This document shows, piece by piece, positions 60,790 through 64,000 of a stretch of 64,000 nt of DNA (position 1 is its first letter; each line of letters starts with the position of its first letter). Below the pieces are notes generated by a model. It saw nothing but the letters and a program-made list of their open reading frames with translations, did not search any database and had not been told where the DNA came from. The position numbers and the translations under genes were made by a program. The stretch is from NCBI GenBank assembly GCA_023261645.1, contig JAHFOO010000001.1:3871-67870 (forward strand), read 5' to 3'. This stretch comes from Candidatus Moraniibacteriota bacterium (lineage in GTDB: Bacteria > Patescibacteriota > Minisyncoccia > Moranbacterales > UBA1568).

Positions 60790-61833
60790 ATGACAAAAGA
60801 AATAAAAAGGAATCACCTGTTCAATCCGAAAGGAGATGATGACGTAGAAGTACGAACCATCATCAAAGGAGCGACGACAGGACTCTTCAATCTCAATGCC
60901 ACGAAATATCCGTGGGCGAAATCTCTCTATCAAGTGATGATCGGGAATTTCTGGGTGCCGGAAAAAATCTCAGGACTGAAAGATGATGCGCGTATGTTTC
61001 ATACGGATCTTTCAGAAGAAGAACAGAAAGGCTACAAAGGAATCCTTTCTTTTCTGATCTTCCTTGATTCCATACAGACGGTCAATCTGCCACATTTTTC
61101 CGACTACATCACTTCACCGGAAGTCAATCTTATTCTTTCTATTCAGGCTTATCAAGAAGCTATCCACTCGCAATCGTACGCTACCATTCTCGAATCAGTC
61201 GTTGAAAGCAAGGAGCGTGATGAAATCTATTATTTCTGGCGAACCGATAGTGTTCTGCTTGAAAGAAACAAGTATATCGGCCAGATCTATGAGGACTTCA
61301 TTAATAATCCGACCGATGAGACATTTTTTCGTGGTATTGTAGCCAATTTTCTCCTTGAATCGATCTACTTTTACAACGGATTTGCTTTCTTTGATACCCT
61401 CGTCGATAGGATGAAAATGCTTGCCACAGGGAGGATGATCGCTTATATACGCCGTGATGAACTCACACACGTCACGATATTTGCCAACATCATCCGCGAA
61501 ATAAAAAGAGAATTTCCGGAGATTTACGATGAAAAGATGATTCTCGAAATGATGAGCGTGGCTGTCGATCAGGAAATAGCCTGGGGAAAACACATCCTCG
61601 GCAATCGCATCCCCGGTATCAACAGTGAAACGACATCGGATTATACTCACTGGTTGGCGAATAATCGGCTGGCGATGCTCAATATCGGTCCGCTCTACCC
61701 GGATGCCGTAACCAATACTTACAAACACCTCGATCGATTGCAGGATCCCAATAGCGATAAGGGGAATTTCTTCGAAACGACTGTCGTCAATTATACGCAA
61801 TCCAGCAGTATGAATGGCAGTTGGGATTTCTAG
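60790..61833 (+). CDS. nrdB: Class I ribonucleotide reductase beta subunit
   Basis: FWVPE, LDSIQ, EAIHSQSY, LESIYFYNGF, RDELTH, NFFE; all metal ligands and the radical Tyr present. Confidence 0.95.
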   Translation: MTKEIKRNHLFNPKGDDDVEVRTIIKGATTGLFNLNATKYPWAKSLYQVMIGNFWVPEKISGLKDDARMFHTDLSEEEQKGYKGILSFLIFLDSIQTVNLPHFSDYITSPEVNLILSIQAYQEAIHSQSYATILESVVESKERDEIYYFWRTDSVLLERNKYIGQIYEDFINNPTDETFFRGIVANFLLESIYFYNGFAFFDTLVDRMKMLATGRMIAYIRRDELTHVTIFANIIREIKREFPEIYDEKMILEMMSVAVDQEIAWGKHILGNRIPGINSETTSDYTHWLANNRLAMLNIGPLYPDAVTNTYKHLDRLQDPNSDKGNFFETTVVNYTQSSSMNGSWDF

Positions 61834-61864
61834 ATGTTAGATTTTCAAGTATTGTATACACTGT

Positions 61865-62010
61865 TTCATCCCAGTTTTCTTTTTGGAGCACACTCGCTCA
61901 CCCAGCCGTTTCACTCACTCCTGTTTCCCCTTCGCTCTTTTTGCTCTTGAGAAGCAAAAAACCATGCCCACTTTGGGAAAACAAGTCTCCCAAAAGAAAA
62001 CTGGAATGAA
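61865..62010. repeat. MITE-like or long-hairpin element
   Basis: 24-bp terminal inverted repeat TTCATCCCAGTTTTCTTTTTGGAG / CTCCCAAAAGAAAACTGGAATGAA (22/24), TGT on both flanks. Confidence 0.55.
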
Positions 62011-62155
62011 TGTGGTAGGAGCAAAGTATCAATAACGCTGTTCATTCTTACATTTTCGATTCTTAGGAAAACGAAAACTCCTCAATTTCTTGGGGAGTTT
62101 TTTGTTTCAGGGAAGAAAAGTATGATATAATTGTGGCACAGTATTATCATAAACT

Positions 62156-63226
62156 ATGTACAAAAATAAAATTCTTTTTCTGCTCATCACTTCTTTCTTT
62201 CTTTTTACAAATAGTATTTCTGCTTTCGCGGCTCCTGTCTGTTCGACTCCGAACACGTGTGAAACTCCGAAAAATGGTGATTGTCCAGGAGGTCGTTTGG
62301 TGGTTAGTGGTGATTGCGGCTCTACGAATATCTGTTGTGCTCCCGCCACTTCTGCTACCACTACGAGTTCCACCACTGGAGGACTCAACTATACCCTCCT
62401 GGAGAAGATCCCCGGGTTTGCGAGTACGGATGGCAGTGATCTCCCTAAGTATATCACCGCTATTTACAAGCTGGCATTGGTCGTGATCGTCCTCTCCGCA
62501 GTACTGATGCTTTCCGTCGGAGGCTTTATGTACCTCACCAGCGCCGGCAATACGTCTGCGATGGGGACAGCCAAGGGTGTCATCTTCGATTCCATCATCG
62601 GTCTGGTCATCGCCCTTGTTGCCTGGCTCCTGTTGAATGTCATCAATCCTGATCTTGTGAAGGTTTCTATCAATGGCCTTTCTGCGGTGGCTGTGCCAGG
62701 AGGTGGTCCTATCCCAGGCCCAAGCCCAGAAGTAATACCACCAGCACCTTCAGTAGGCAAGGTGGCTCTTGCAACACAAATTGCTGGACTTGGAGTGTTA
62801 CAGGGTTCCGGAGAGTGTAATAGCCCTAGCGGTGCTGTATCTCCAAAAAGTGATATACAGAATATAATCGATGGCAAGGCAATGTCTGTTTGTTCTTCTA
62901 CGTGTAAATCTAAAGGTTCTAATGGGTGTACAGATAATGCTGTTTCTGCGAATGAAACAATGCTTAGAGCAATTATTACTGTTAAAAGTACTCTCGGTTT
63001 CATAATTATAAGTATCGCAGGAGGAGCACATTCTCTAACCTCCGATCATTACGCAGGAAACGCTCTCGACATAGCTCCGCCAACCCAGGCCATTTTGGAT
63101 GCTTTCGTAACCAATGGTGCTAAAGCTGATACTGGGGATAAGAAAGGGTCATTTTGCGAGTCAAAAGCTGGAGCACGGGTAGTTTGTTCTAGTGGTCAGG
63201 GTGACCATGTCCATGTTAAATTTTGA
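62156..63226 (+). CDS. VirB2/TrbC-like pilin-domain protein with Cys-rich N-terminus and C-terminal M15-type peptidase motif
   Basis: Signal peptide; GGFMYLTSAGN...AKGVI...IIGLVIALVAWLLLNVINPDL; SDHYAGNALDI...DHVHV. Confidence 0.7.
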   Translation: MYKNKILFLLITSFFLFTNSISAFAAPVCSTPNTCETPKNGDCPGGRLVVSGDCGSTNICCAPATSATTTSSTTGGLNYTLLEKIPGFASTDGSDLPKYITAIYKLALVVIVLSAVLMLSVGGFMYLTSAGNTSAMGTAKGVIFDSIIGLVIALVAWLLLNVINPDLVKVSINGLSAVAVPGGGPIPGPSPEVIPPAPSVGKVALATQIAGLGVLQGSGECNSPSGAVSPKSDIQNIIDGKAMSVCSSTCKSKGSNGCTDNAVSANETMLRAIITVKSTLGFIIISIAGGAHSLTSDHYAGNALDIAPPTQAILDAFVTNGAKADTGDKKGSFCESKAGARVVCSSGQGDHVHVKF

Positions 63227-63261
63227 AATTATTTTTTCAACATTTTATCTTTTAAACTCTC

Positions 63262-64000
63262 ATGAAAAAGGTTTTCTATTTTTCTCTTGGTTTTCTTTTT
63301 CTGGTCCTCATTTTCTTGGGGGCCTATAATTTCGTGTTTCGGAACAATGTCAACAGTCCTGTTGTCAATCAAGGAAAAAAAATCATAGAAGCACCGGTCG
63401 ATACGACGCCTATCGCCACCAATATCGTCGCCACTATCAATGAAGACATTCTCGGAGCTGTTGTTTCTCCGGACGGATTTCTCTATTATTATTCTTTGGA
63501 CGAACAGGCCTTGAAAAAAGCATCGCTCGAAGGCAAAGACAAATCTACTCTTCTCAGTGATTTCCCCGGAACTCCGATACGCCTACTGTGGTCTCCCAAG
63601 AGAGATCGTGTACTTATTTATTTGAAGCAGACGAATGGACAGAGCATCTGGTATTTCGCCGATCTGGTTACGAAAACACTTGTTCCGCTGAAGGGAGAGA
63701 TATCGCGTATTGCTTGGAACAATCTGGGAGATAAGATTTTTTATCAGTATACTGACCCAAAAAGTGGAGAAAAGACTCTCAATATAGCCAATCCTGATGC
63801 CACAGGATGGAAAAAGATTGCAGACCTCTATCATGATACGTTTATTGCACCCATTCCTCAAAGTGCCAATGTTTCTTTCTGGAGTAGACCGAATGCGCTG
63901 GAAAAAACCTATTTCGAGAGCGTGAGCAGTACTGGAGAGAACCGTCACACGATACTTTCCGAGAGATTCGGCGCTGATTATCTCTGGTCTCCGAACGGAG
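63262..64000 (+). CDS. Membrane-anchored beta-propeller (TolB-like) protein, truncated at the window end
   Basis: Manual translation MKKVFYFSLGFLFLVLIFLGAYNF...; repeated WSPK, WNN, WSR, WSPNG blade motifs; open to the edge. Confidence 0.7.
   Translation, partial: MKKVFYFSLGFLFLVLIFLGAYNFVFRNNVNSPVVNQGKKIIEAPVDTTPIATNIVATINEDILGAVVSPDGFLYYYSLDEQALKKASLEGKDKSTLLSDFPGTPIRLLWSPKRDRVLIYLKQTNGQSIWYFADLVTKTLVPLKGEISRIAWNNLGDKIFYQYTDPKSGEKTLNIANPDATGWKKIADLYHDTFIAPIPQSANVSFWSRPNALEKTYFESVSSTGENRHTILSERFGADYLWSPNG

Noticed and set aside
60790-61833. Metal-free (class Ie) or Tyr-less (class Ic) NrdB
   Set aside because: All Asp/Glu/His ligands and the radical Tyr are present.

Overview
Origin-proximal chromosomal segment of a small-genome bacterium. 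Gene content, AT-rich translation starts lacking Shine-Dalgarno motifs and pilin/PilB-type genes suggest Patescibacteria/CPR (Parcubacteria such as Moranbacteria); this assignment is inference. Contents: the dciA-dnaN-oriC-dnaA / rpmH-rnpA-yidC-jag origin cluster; repair and replication genes (ruvA/B/C, polA, mutM, holA, UDG); cell-wall and glycan genes (murE, FemABX, PBP1A, flippase, two GT2, two O-antigen-ligase-like); rpsT, rpsA, rplS, gmk, tilS, ftsH, rbfA; ten tRNA genes; ahpC-sod-nrdAB. The most unusual items are: (1) a gene-free AT-rich island with 11 parS palindromes at mostly 49-51 bp spacing and duplicated spacers; (2) an unannotated promoter- and terminator-bounded ~245 nt structured RNA candidate between the PilB-like gene and ruvB; (3) a PilB/GspE ATPase with two complete motor domains in tandem; (4) a 7TM + ATP-grasp/aspartyl-protease fusion + second ATP-grasp operon; (5) a VirB2-like pilin fused to an M15-type peptidase motif; (6) several kinds of tiny repeat or insertion elements: tRNA 3'-end duplications, a 20-bp palindrome family, heptamer tracts inside genes, and an in-frame MITE-like insert in an RluA-family gene. 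All calls come from reading motifs; no database searches were run.
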